Positions 1-11,351 of a stretch of 64,000 nucleotides of DNA are shown piece after piece (positions within the stretch are counted from its first letter, which is position 1; each line of letters opens with the position of its first letter). The stretch comes from Harriotta raleighana (taxonomy: Eukaryota). Location: contig JBNZDD010013686.1 in NCBI GenBank assembly GCA_050575255.1, positions 5,516,134-5,580,133 of the forward strand, given 5' to 3'. Both the position numbers and the translations under genes were made by a program. The notes under the pieces were generated by a model, which was given only the letters and a program-made list of their open reading frames with translations, ran no database searches and was not told the DNA's origin.

Positions 1-270
1 TCTCTCTCCCTCCCTCACCCCCTCTCCATCCCCCTCCCTCTTCTTCTCCCCCCCTCTCTCTCCATCCCCCCCTTCCCCTCTCTCCCCCCCCCTCTCTCCC
101 CCCCGCTCTCTCCCCCCTCTCCCTCTCCCCCTTCTCTCCCTCCCTCCTCTCCTTTCTCTCTTCTCACCCCACTCCATCCTCTCTCCCCATCCCCTCCCCC
201 GATTCCTCCCCCCTCTATCCTCTCTCTCCCCATCCCCTCCCCCCACTCCTCCCCCCCTCCCTCTCTCCCT
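1..270. repeat. CT-rich low-complexity tract (UBE2A intron 1)
   Basis: Almost pure pyrimidine on +. Confidence 0.9.
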
Positions 271-278
271 GGTCCCAG

Positions 279-359
279 GTTGCAGGAAGACCCCCCCGCT
301 GGGGTGAGTGGAGCCCCCTCAGAGAACAACATCATGGTGTGGAATGCCGTCATTTTCGG
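279..359 (+). CDS. UBE2A: Ubiquitin-conjugating enzyme E2 A (RAD6A), coding exon 2
   Basis: cccag acceptor, gtgagt donor, 81 nt; encodes (R)[27 protein letters not shown]. Exon 1 lies upstream of the window. Confidence 0.96.
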
Positions 360-577
360 GTGAGTCTGTGTTTGCTCTTTTGGNNNNNNNNNNNNNNNNN
401 NNNNNNNNNNNNNNNNNNNNNNNNNNNNNNNNNNNNNNNNNNNNNNNNNNNNNNNNNNNNNNNNNNNNNNNNNNNNNNNNNNNNNNNNNNNNNNNNNNNN
501 NNNNNNNNNNNNNNNNNNNNNNNNNNNNNNNNNNNNNNNNNNNNNNNNNNNNNNNNNNNNNNNNNNNNNNNNNNNNN

Positions 578-960
578 GTGTATTTGTATCCGTGTGTATT
601 TGTCAGTGTTTGTCTGTGTGTGTGTGTATGTGCCTGTCTGTGTGTGTCTGTGTGTCTCTGTGTGTATTTGTATCCGTGTGTGTATTTGTCAGTGTTTGTC
701 TGTCTGTGTGTGTGTGTCTGTGTGTATTTGTGTGTGTGTGTATTTGTCAGTGTTTGTCTGTCTGTGTGTCTGTCTGTGTGTATTTGTGTCAGTGTATTTG
801 TCAGTGTTTGTCTGAGTGAATTTGTCAGTGTTTATCTCTGTGTGTTTGTGTCAGTGTTTGTCCGTGTGTGTTTGTCTCTGTATTTGTGTCAGTGTTTGTC
901 TCTTGTATTTGTCTGTGTGTGGGTGTGTATTTGTGTCAGTGTTGTGTATGTGTGTGTGAT
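578..960. repeat. Degenerate (TG)n minisatellite
   Basis: Recurrent TGTGTATTTGTCAGTGTTTGTC unit next to an N gap. Confidence 0.9.
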
Positions 961-968
961 TCTCTTGT

Positions 969-1066
969 ACAGTCATTTCACTTTACAGTATATTCTGTGA
1001 AGCGCTTTTAGACGTCGATAAGATATGAAAAGTGTTATATCAAATGCAAGGATTATTATTATTATA
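969..1066 (+). mobile_element. Main SINE family, 3' fragment
   Basis: Tail and (ATT)n; a second fragment at about 1176-1240. Confidence 0.8.
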
Positions 1067-1240
1067 GCGACTGTCTGGCCCATTGTTATTAATACCAGCC
1101 CAGGAAAAGCTTTGCTTTTTGTTGTTAGAGGACTAACTAGTGGGTTGGGCGAGGAAAGATTATATGTTATGAAGTTAATTCACTTTACAGTATATTTTGT
1201 GAAGCGCTTTGAGACGTCTAGAAGAAGCGAAGAGAGCTAC

Positions 1241-1498
1241 AACGACAATGACAAAATTACACTGTGTCAGACCCGAGCTCGGGGACAGGACGGGATGGGG
1301 GGGGGTAGGGAAGGGAGTGGGGGGATTAGGAGTTGCCAATGGGTCCATCGAAGAGGAGAATCTTGAGGCGGATGTGAAAGAGGCCAGGGAGGGGGTGAGG
1401 CAGAGGGACTGCGGGCTGGAGTTCCAGAGGTTGGGGGCAGAGTGGCTTGAAGGCTCGCCCGCCAATTTGGGGCGGATGGATTGGGGGACGTGGAGCAG
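1241..1498 (-). mobile_element. L2-clade LINE 3' fragment
   Basis: Translates SHSAPNLWNSSPQSLCLTPSLASF, typical of the L2 ORF2 C-terminus; closely similar to 46985-47280. Confidence 0.82.
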
Positions 1499-1700
1499 TA
1501 TATATTGTTTATACACCAAATAACACATTCTGTATTATAATACCAGATACACAGTTCTGTGACAGTGTATTTTGGTTTCATTTGAAGTATGTTACTCGAT
1601 GTACTCTAGTAGATCCTGCCTTGGATTCTTCAGACGGGTATAAAGGTGGGGTTGTCACAAGTTTCTTTGTAACTCGTGTCTTTTCTTTTATAATCTCCAG

Positions 1701-1726
1701 GCCGGAAGGAACCCCTTTTGAAGATG
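1701..1726 (+). CDS. UBE2A: UBE2A coding exon 3 (26 nt)
   Basis: ctccag acceptor, gtaagt donor; encodes PEGTPFED; phases fit both neighbours. Confidence 0.95.
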
Positions 1727-2115
1727 GTAAGTCGCCATTTTTGAAGGAAAATAAGAAAAAAAAACTAAAGTCAGAAAGATGTTGGCCCTTGTTACAGGAT
1801 TGTCTTGATATTGTCAATCTTTGCTTTATATTTTTTTGTCCAGCTAATGTCAGTGCGTGAAGGAGGCATCTCTGCTTTTACAGAGAGAGAGAGAGAGCTG
1901 TTAGCTGCAGTTGTGATGTGATCCTATGACTGGTGGCAATCAGTATCGAGAGGAAAGACAATTAGGACTTTTTTGCGTATCTTGAGAAATCTGTGACACA
2001 AGGATGGGAGTCCACTTAGTCTCTCGTGTGTTGGATTCTTTTTGTTCAAGCACAGATTATATAGCTTTCTTTTAGGAAATAACATATGGGATATAGCACA
2101 TAGGTAGTTTGGGAC

Positions 2116-2313
2116 AAAACACAAAATACTACAGATGCTGGGAATCTGAAACAAAAACAGAAGTTGCTGGTGAAACTCAGTCGGTCAGGCAGCATCCATG
2201 GAGAAAGGAAAGCTTTCTGACGAAGGGTCGTGAACCCGAAACATTGACTCGCTTTCCTTTCTCCATGGATGCTGCCTGACCTGCTGAGTTTCCCTAGCAA
2301 CTTCTGTTTTTGT
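2116..2313 (+). mobile_element. Palindromic non-autonomous element (fold-back or Penelope-associated type)
   Basis: 63-bp inverted arms 2151-2213 and 2251-2313 (59/63 matching); a second copy at 6472-6642. Confidence 0.75.
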
Positions 2314-3520
2314 GGTAGTTTGGGTCATATGTGCAAGGGGCTGCCATGAAGGTGGAAGGTGAATTAGATGGGCCTTGGGTCTTTTTTTTGACTGGCATTT
2401 CTTGTTTATTTTTTAAAAAAAACTCATTAAAACAAGTGTAATAAGCACAAACGTTTTCAATTTCAGTAATATATGCCAGATACTCATGGCTCTTGCAACA
2501 CTTTTTTTTGTGTGTGTGTATGGGATTGGCGGGGTCGGGGGGGGGCAAAAGTATTTCAGTTGAGGACCATTCTCTAACCCCCCCCTCCCCCCCGAAGGAA
2601 AGGCAGCAGGAACTATTGGCAACTTGTACGTCCTTTAGATCTCCTGCCAATTATTTAATTGCAGCAATGAAAGACCAAATATATTGCCGTTTCTGTATTG
2701 TGGCATTTGGAGAAGGGTTTTAACTTGATCGGTTTTGACAAGTCATATTTATCATGGTTAATGTGGAAGAAATGTAGATTTGTGTCCCCAATTTTACTTA
2801 AAATATCTGCTGATGGGACATCCTAGCAGTTATTTTACTTTTCTGCTGCAGTTCTAAAATGGCGATTATCTGGCTGTGATAATGCAAAATGCAGTAAGTT
2901 TGTGAGTCCTTTGGGCAGTAAGTTTGTGTAGAATTTACCCTGCACAGATGGTCTTACTGTACTCACCATGTGAATCAGGAAATGACTGAGAGCAGAATGA
3001 GGTGAGATCACTTGATTACACACAGTAAATCAAATGGTGCTTTTTGTGTGTTGGGTTCTGTTTTATCTGAAGTCAAGTATTAAGTCAGCAGAGCTGAGGG
3101 TGGGTGAATTCACTTAATTTAAGTTGTCACAAATTCCGTCTCTGGATTATAACAATTGGGTAACCTTGGTGCTCATCTTCAGATCAAGACTCGGGTGCAA
3201 ACTGCAGCTCATTCAAAGATTCTGGTTGAGAAATCATACTTTTTTTTAAAAAGCAATAATAATAATGAAGCATTTGCCTAGTTGGTTAGATTGACTTATT
3301 TGCCCGAAAAAAATATGGGGAGGAAGGTGTGTGTGTGTGTGTGTGTGTGTGTGAGAAAGTATTGGGTGAAAGTGTCAGGGTGAAAGTTTTGCATCAACAC
3401 CGTACTCTTACAAGGGTCAGAAGGGAGATTCTATTAACTGCAATCACTAATTCTATTTGGTATACAGTAGTTGTGAACTTTGCCTAATTCGATGTCTCCC
3501 TTCTTTAAACTCTTTTCCAG

Positions 3521-3610
3521 GTACTTTCAAACTCACAATAGAATTCACAGAAGAATATCCAAACAAGCCACCCACAGTTAGATTTGTTTCAAAAATGTTT
3601 CACCCAAATG
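3521..3610 (+). CDS. UBE2A: UBE2A coding exon 4
   Basis: tttccag acceptor, gtacgt donor, 90 nt; [30 protein letters not shown] with the E2 HPN motif. Confidence 0.97.
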
Positions 3611-3639
3611 GTACGTGTCTACATTGCTGCTGATGTTTA

Positions 3640-3870
3640 TAATAATCCTTGCATTTGATATAGCACTTTGCACGTCTTCTAGACGTCTCAAAAGCGCTTC
3701 ACAGAATGTGCTGTAAAGTGAATTGACTGTAAGTTGTGGGTGAAACACAGCAACCAATTGCATGCACCAGTGTCCCCACAAACAATCATGGATTGAAATT
3801 CCAATTTTATTATTGTGTTGATTTTTGGAGGATTATTAATTGGCTTGTTGGAGTAAGGAAACGTGCCCAA
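3640..3870 (-). mobile_element. Main SINE family, 5'-truncated copy
   Basis: Tail, core and linker present; 30 nt downstream of UBE2A exon 4. Confidence 0.85.
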
Positions 3871-4517
3871 ATTCAGCTCATATTTTAGAGCTCATATGAC
3901 GTACTCCGCCAGTGGTGACCATAAAGTTTGTATGAGGGATATTTTTAGGGGAAAGCTCCCATTTATTTTGGAAGGGCTACGGAAGAGGAGGTGGTCTTGT
4001 CGACACCTTATCTCACCGACCTGATATAGTTCCAGAAATGAAAATGGGGGTAATCTTTGATCAACCCTGTTATTATACAACTTAGCTGCAATGTACACTT
4101 TGCATATTGCTGGTGGCAGGTGCAAGAGGAAGGGTTATTTCTGTACAGTAAGCCAACTTTCCTGTTCATGAAGATCTGATTGAGGTGACCACTCTTTCAA
4201 AAGCTATTCTGGAGCCTTAGCTCTTTTGCCAAAATACATTTTAGCATTTAATGCCTTAAGTGGGCCATTTGCATTCCTGATTGAAGATTTCTGTCAACAT
4301 GGTTGTATTTTTTGCTTTATCTCAAAGATCTGAATTATTAAGTACTGTACTATTGTTTTGTAAGTCTGAAAGATAAGTTTTCAGTTCAGGGTGAAGAACA
4401 CATAATACTGTTAAAAGTTTTAGCATAGTAGTATTCAGCTCTTTTCCAATCAACTTGAGTCTATTGTAATTTTAAATATATATGTATATATTTAACATGC
4501 TATTGTGATTTCTGTAG

Positions 4518-4606
4518 TCTATGCAGACGGCAGTATTTGTCTGGATATACTGCAGAATCGTTGGAGTCCAACCTATGATGTGTCTTCAATCCTAACATCT
4601 ATACAG
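4518..4606 (+). CDS. UBE2A: UBE2A coding exon 5 (catalytic Cys)
   Basis: ctgtag acceptor, gtaatt donor, 89 nt; [30 protein letters not shown]. Confidence 0.97.
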
Positions 4607-5319
4607 GTAATTTTAAGATTGATAAATTATTTTCCTTTTCACCCAAAGTCAAGCCATAGTCTTGCTTCTGGGGCCTTTAATTATACTTCTGCAAAACCTG
4701 AGTTTTATACAACTCCTAGTACAACTCCTTTCGTTTTGGGATGAAGTATGGCTGACAATAGTCTACAAACTAGTCATGGGAACTGGTCTTTTCTTGTTCA
4801 ATTTCCTATCCCCCCAAAACCCTGTTCTCGGAGAGAAAGGCCCAGTTTTACATATAATAGAGATCGAGAACTCTGGTGCCTTTGGGGACACCCATTAGCC
4901 TGTGTGTTCATTTGTCAGTTCAGTTGCACAGCACTGCGGGTCAGGTTTTTTTTATGCATATTTTTCTCAACCTGCACACATAAATACCCTTAGCCCTTAT
5001 GAGGGCAAAGTGATTGGGGGCACTTTACTTTGAGGTTGGTTATGTACCCAAGCTTCAAAGGCTAGGATCCATTGCCCATTCACGCTCTCTAAAGAGTTTG
5101 ACCTGAACAAACTATCCTTTCCTCTCCCACCAATATTTTAAAGGAAATGTTCTGTTTTTGTTTTCTACCCATGTTCCTTGTATGACCTCCAAACTTTCTC
5201 CACTCAAATTTTTTTGTGTTTTCTGAAAACACAGCTCATAATACGTTTAATATGACTACAAATGTTGTAACTGTTGTGTTTGTTTTTGTGTGTGTGTGTG
5301 TTTTTTATCCTCTTAACAG

Positions 5320-5448
5320 TCATTACTGGATGAACCAAATCCCAATAGTCCAGCCAATAGTCAGGCTGCACAGCTCTACCAGGAGAACAAACGGGAGTAC
5401 GAGAAGCGGGTATCTGCAATAGTGGAACAGAGCTGGCGGGATTGTTGA
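5320..5448 (+). CDS. UBE2A: UBE2A last coding exon
   Basis: taacag acceptor; [42 protein letters not shown]. The SWRDC end is UBE2A-type rather than UBE2B (SWNDS). Confidence 0.97.
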   Translation, partial: SLLDEPNPNSPANSQAAQLYQENKREYEKRVSAIVEQSWRDC

Positions 5449-6366
5449 CCGTATAGTGCCTACGAACACTGTCAGGCCATGAGAATCATGAAGAGTCTCG
5501 AGTCCTTCTCATTCTAGCATCATCGCATTACGTACTTTGTTCCGAGCTAAGCCACCTGCTACAGTGCTGCCACCCACTGAAGCCTTTTTTCCCCCCCTGG
5601 ATGTTGTCAAAAAAAAATAACCCACATGTTGATGTGCTTGTACTGTACCTGGGGTACTTGCCAAGTAAATTTTCAATTTCACTCGATTCTGGTCATCCTC
5701 CTTTGCTGGTGGTGTTTGTAACAGCCACTGTGTCTGACTGAGGTGCACTGTAGTGTATATACAGTGACATTCGCATAGTTTAAGTACAGCCCAGCGAAAA
5801 TGATTTTTCTAGGTTCGGGAGACACGACTGTAGCACTGATCTGCTTAGCCCCACCCGTCAGTGGGTCACAGTTACCTGTGTTTATTACAATAGAGGCGCA
5901 TTTCTCCTCTGAAGCAAGCAATGTAGTTCTTGATATTAAAAAAAATCTCTTTGCAGAAGGTGCTAGTCTATTTTTAAAAAAAGAAAACATTTTTAAGTCT
6001 GGGGTACTGGCTTTTGGCTGGGTGGTCACTCTTGACAGTGTTTCTAGTTCTCTGTAGTTCTGTTTTGTGAGTGTGTGTGGATGAGCTTTTGCTGCATGCT
6101 GTTTTTTTTTCTCCTTCCCTCCCCGCCCCCATTAAAATGAAGTGCTTTCACTCTTCTTAAGTACAGCCACCAATACTCTCACTTAGTCAAGTTAGACCAA
6201 ACTTGTATATTCAGATGCATATTGCAGTGTTGTGGAGAGACCCTGTACTTTGTATTGTCTGATGTCCCGAAGTACCCTTTTCTGCACATTAGTCTTTTGA
6301 AGTGACAGTATAACTTTGCACTATAGTAATCCATGTAAGAAACTGTACATTTTCTCACTACTTGTA

Positions 6367-6372
6367 AATAAA
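6367..6372 (+). promoter_or_regulatory. Probable UBE2A polyadenylation signal
   Basis: AATAAA about 920 nt after the stop codon, just before repeat-derived sequence begins. Confidence 0.6.
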
Positions 6373-6471
6373 ACTGCAACCTTACTGGCAGCATCTTGTG
6401 TAACTAAACTTGCAAATTGAATCCCAGCAAATGGAAACTGCACTTGATTATAATAGCTAGTTTTTAAAGAC

Positions 6472-6642
6472 CAAAACAGAAATTGCTGGATCAGGCAGCC
6501 TCTATGGAGAAAGGAAAACTGAGTTGACGGCCCTTGTCAGAACCTTTCCTTTCTCCATAGATGCTGCCTGACCTGCTGAGTGTGCCTAGCCATTTCTGTT
6601 TTTGTTTCAGATTTCCAGCATCTGCAGTATTTTTTGTTTTTG
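6472..6642 (-). mobile_element. Second, partly deleted copy of the palindromic element
   Basis: Shares ATGCTGCCTGACCTGCTGAG...TTCAGATTTCCAGCATCTGCAGTATTTT; opposite orientation. Confidence 0.72.
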
Positions 6643-8910
6643 ACTTAAGTTTTTTTTTTAAAAAAGAGTTGTTCAAATTCAATTATTGTGAGTACGGCTT
6701 TCATTCATTTAGCACCCTTCATGGGGGATGATAGTTCCTGAGAGTGCTGCACAGTTGGATTCTATTTGAGGGAGAGATCATTAAAGGTATGGTTAACCAC
6801 AGTTCTTAAAGATATGAGATGAGGGTGCAGGGATTGAGGCAGGGAGTTTAAGGTTAGAGGCAGGGTAAATGAGGATATAGCTACCAATCATGCTCCAGAC
6901 TTTTCTTTGGAAGAGAAAATAACACTGGTTATTCCCTGTATGGGCAAAGGGCTTCCTGAACCTCACAAGGGTAGATTCCTGCCAGAACTACACAATGTAC
7001 TCCCCACCCAGCAAGTCAGCACCTCCTCGAGACAAAACTACCATTGTATTCTTCAAATCACTGAATTATAGTATGCCAAGTGTTGGAATTCTTGGAAGCA
7101 ACGAATAGAGGCTCACAGACAAATCTCAAGCTTCCTTGGCAGAAACCGATGCAGCTTCTCCTGAGATTTTAAAAATGAGCAACATTCTTTGAACAATGCA
7201 AAAAAAATGTAGAATTTAGATATTGGCCTAAATACAACGGAGCAGTTTTTTTTAAAAAAAAGTTTCCCAAGCAAAATCAGGAAATATCAATGCTTTAGTG
7301 ATGTGAGATTGCACTGAACTCACAAGGTTTGATTGAAGGTCATAACAGGTCCTTTTTTTTTGGCCGACTTGAATGGTGGAACTTCAGCTGTAAACCCTTG
7401 GAGATAACTCACAAAAAAAAGTGAGTTGGCATTTACAGAGATGCTCAATGGGATTTTTATGCCCAGAAACTTCCACCAAACCCACATTTTACATCCTGGA
7501 AGTCACTATGCAGACTGGGTACCACTCAGCTACCTCAAGTGAAAGTTTTATCCAATATAAGCCTGGCTGCAGTTAAGCTACCATTATTTTTCTCTGGTCT
7601 GCCCTATCCAGGTTCTTAAGAGCATTAGCGTGAATTGACTGCTCATCAAAGAGGGCAGCAGAAATATCAGCCACTGCACTTTTTGCTTCTGTAGCACGGT
7701 AGCATTCAATCAAATACTCATGGAATGCAATAGTATTGCAGGATATTGACATATCCACCCACCCAACTTGTTCAAACTGCAGTACATTGAGTTGTTTCAG
7801 TGTATCTAAGATAAATATGGCTTCGGACAGTCATTCATCTCTACAAAACTGGGTATGTGGGCAGGGGCTAACTCCCTGTGTGTTGGGATTAAGGACCATA
7901 ATTACGCACATATTTGGCTTCACAAGGTGGTGTTTAGTCCTTGTTCGCTTTGTACTGCTTCTAAATCATCGCAAGTTATAAACTGCCCCATGAGATGAGC
8001 AGATTGATACACATCTGTTGGCAGATTATGTTATTAAGGACATTAAGGCTCTGGGCTGGATCATTTTATTCATAATGAACGTGGTATATAAAATTTATTT
8101 ACAATTCTGTTCAATTTGTGATTTATCTGTCCCATGCTTTATAGAAGATATACAAATGTCGATTATATTTTGTTCATCAACCTTTCAACTGTTCCCATCC
8201 ATTTCATCCACCAACTGCGTTAAAACACTCAAAAATTCTGCCAGAGCACACAAGCTCCACTAACTTGTAATTAGTTATGCCTTTGATTCTTAATTATTAA
8301 ATATCAGAAATCAAGAATACTATATAAACAAGCAACTGAAAATACTACATTTTGAATTTTTTTTGGTTTGGAAACTCCAGATATCTGGATGAACAATGAA
8401 ATGTAGTTCATCAGTCAAATGATTGACCCATTTAAAACATATGCACTCATTTGGAGATTCATATTTTTAACACTCAGACTTGATCCATTTTATGACAGAG
8501 CTTCAAAGCACTTTGTCAAACTCTCTCCTGAGCCCAGTAATTAGGACTGGAAACCAATGACCATTAAAATTAGGTATTTCAGACTGTGATTAACAGTGGA
8601 TCTGCAGCTGTTTCTGGCATTGCATTGCATTAATTGAGACACATTTATAATAATCCTTGCATCTGATATGGTGCAGACATCTCATTTATTCCTAGCTGCC
8701 TGCTCAGAATGGCATTCCCTCTGCACACCAGCCTTCGATGATTTGGATTCATGATCTGATATTCAAAATCCAAATTCACGAAACGATCAATGTTGTGAAT
8801 ATTTGCAAATTAGACTAGACTCTAGCATAAACTGACCTAATATATAATAGTGAGGCATCTATTAGCAAGTTAGCATTTTGTAAAAAAATTGTTTAACGAT
8901 TATCTTTACA

Positions 8911-9030
8911 AGAACATAAGAATTAGGAGCAGGCCATTCGGCCCTTCGAGCCTGTCCCACCATTCAATAAGATCATGGCTGATCTTCTGACCTTACTCTA
9001 ATTACCTGCCCTATCTCCTAATCCCTCTAT
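8911..9030 (-). mobile_element. CR1-clade LINE 3' fragment
   Basis: GAACATAAGAATTAGGAGCAGGCCATTCGGCCCTTCGAGCCTG...GATCATGGCTGATC, recalled as the typical chondrichthyan CR1 3' end. Confidence 0.72.
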
Positions 9031-9055
9031 TTTTTAAAATCGGACTGATAGATTT

Positions 9056-9317
9056 AATAAAATAATAATAATCCTTGCATATGATATAGCGCTTTTCACG
9101 TCTTCTAAACATCACAAAGTGCTTCATAGAATATACTGTAAAATTGATTGACTATATTTGTGGAGAAAGCGCGACAGCAGTGTCCCTTTTTTTTGAGGGA
9201 TTATTAGGCGCATGGATTAAGGAAACCTGCCCGAGGTTTCTCCCTGTCTGGAATTGAACCTAGATCTCTCGCTTGTAAGGCGAGTGAGTGCTCTAACCGC
9301 TGAGCTGCAGCACTCCA
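9056..9317 (-). mobile_element. Main SINE family, internally deleted copy
   Basis: Tail and tRNA head present, part of the core missing. Confidence 0.85.
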
Positions 9318-11103
9318 CGATAACAGAGCATCAGAATCGTAAACCCATTGTGGAAGTTTATACTTTCTAGCACAGATGAAAATAAACAATTATCGTCAAA
9401 TTCAGCAAATCTCACAATAGCACTGCCATGTATCTTCGTATGGTTTAACTCCAACTGAATTACATCATCACCGAGAAACAACATTGGAGGATGGCCTGAA
9501 GTGTTTCTCACACTTGATCAGCAGTTGACAGACTCACTTAGTATTCTTCTTGTGCTATATCAATGTTGTTTGTTTTTCCCCCACAACATGTATGGCATTA
9601 TTTGGAGACAACAGGCACATGCCCAAGTCCCACTACTCTGTGCCAGTAAATCATCTTGTGCCACTCAATAGGCACCAGTAAAGCAATGGTTCCTCCCTCT
9701 GGCATAACCTCATCCATCTTTCTACACTGCCAGCATTCTAACATCTGCATCCTTCTATCCAAGCCACTTGGCATAAAGTGCGGGTACATGTCCCTTGTAA
9801 AAGATCACAAGGTGAAAAAATAATTGCTTGTACTGTATTATGAAGCATTTAAATGCAGGAAACAGAAGAACCCCAATAGTTTACCTTTAAATCAGACTAA
9901 TGGCAACCTGGATGATAGACTAAGGAAACACTAAGCAAGATAAATACAACATCTTAACGACTCACCAAGACCAGCCCTTATACTTTAAATTCAACCCAGC
10001 CACTTCCAAGTATAAAATTTACCAAACTGCATTAATAATCCTGAAGTTATGGAGAGGCAAAACCTTACATTAACTGTTTACCTATCAAGCCTCCCAGTGC
10101 ACTTTGGACCCACCATATTGATCCCAAAAAATCTAATCTCCCCTTAGCTTCTTTGGTAATTATCTTAAAATTGGTACAGTCTTTCTCTGACTCACCTCTT
10201 ATTTTTTGTAGAAATACCTTAAATCCCATTTCTTCTAACTAGAGACCCAACGCACACAAAGCTTGCCCACGCCTGGTAGGGCAAATGCTGTTTTGTCGAG
10301 AGTCAACTTCCATTTTGGGAGCAGGATAGTTAGCATCTTCCACATTACATGATAGGAATCTACCAGCAGAGAATAGATAGGATTCATTATGGTTAGATCA
10401 AAATATCCTCCCCAGCAGTTCAACTGGTAGTTCTTAAAACAAATCAACGTTTGAAATATAGAAGTCTAAAATATCAGTGAAGTTTGACTAAGTACACATT
10501 ACCAGACACGGGTCTAGTAAGAAGAACCAGACTGACATTTAAAGAATTGTATCTGGCAACCAAACAGGATATTAAGATTCTGAGGCAGATTAAGAACTTG
10601 AACGAGCTACAATACTTCATTACTATTCAAATATTAGACCATAAAAGAATCTGAACCAGGAAATAGAACTGGTTGTTCATTTGCAAAGTTTCACCGGGTT
10701 GAGAAGTCACTGTAGCAGCACTGAAACCAAAGAAGATAAAAGAGATAATATGAATATTTTCTGGACAATAACTTGGCATCCAGCTTTCCAAGCAGAACCA
10801 GTATTTAAGAGGATTTTGAAGTCAGTGTGGAAGGGATACATGATAAATTTTAAGATAAATAGAAAGTCAAAAAAGAGCCTAGATCTGAAACAAAATGAAA
10901 AAAAATCCTGAAAAACAAATTACAGATTGGAGTTTAGGGTTTAGCACTTCACTAGAACAAATCTGAAGAAATGAACAATATTGAATAGCAGTTGTTAAGA
11001 TCAACCATCATAATTTTAATGAGATTCCCTTTCCTTTTAAACTGAGATAAAACATCATAAAACCGTTGAGAGTTTGTGTTTAGTCATTTCAACAGTGGCA
11101 TAG

Positions 11104-11109
11104 TTTATT
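11104..11109 (-). promoter_or_regulatory. Candidate NKRF polyadenylation signal
   Basis: TTTATT on + (AATAAA on -) about 240 nt past the stop codon. Confidence 0.45.
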
Positions 11110-11351
11110 ACCTTTTTTGTAAATAACACAAACAAACAATTTTTCTTAGACTATGAAAAGTGATGCAGGAACACTAAGACCCAGTCCATTTGTGATGCCT
11201 TGTTCTGAACAGCTACCTCACCTCATGACAACTGTAAATAAACTTCTATTGCAATCAGAAATCATTTACAATAACTGAAAACTGAATTCAGATTACTGGA
11301 CAAAAGTTTGGAGAAAGCTGCACATAAATAAAAATTAGGTGGCGTTTTGCA

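Noticed and set aside
15-1000. Long Gly/Glu-rich and Val/Cys-rich ORFs
   Set aside because: Translations of CT and TG simple repeats spanning N gaps.
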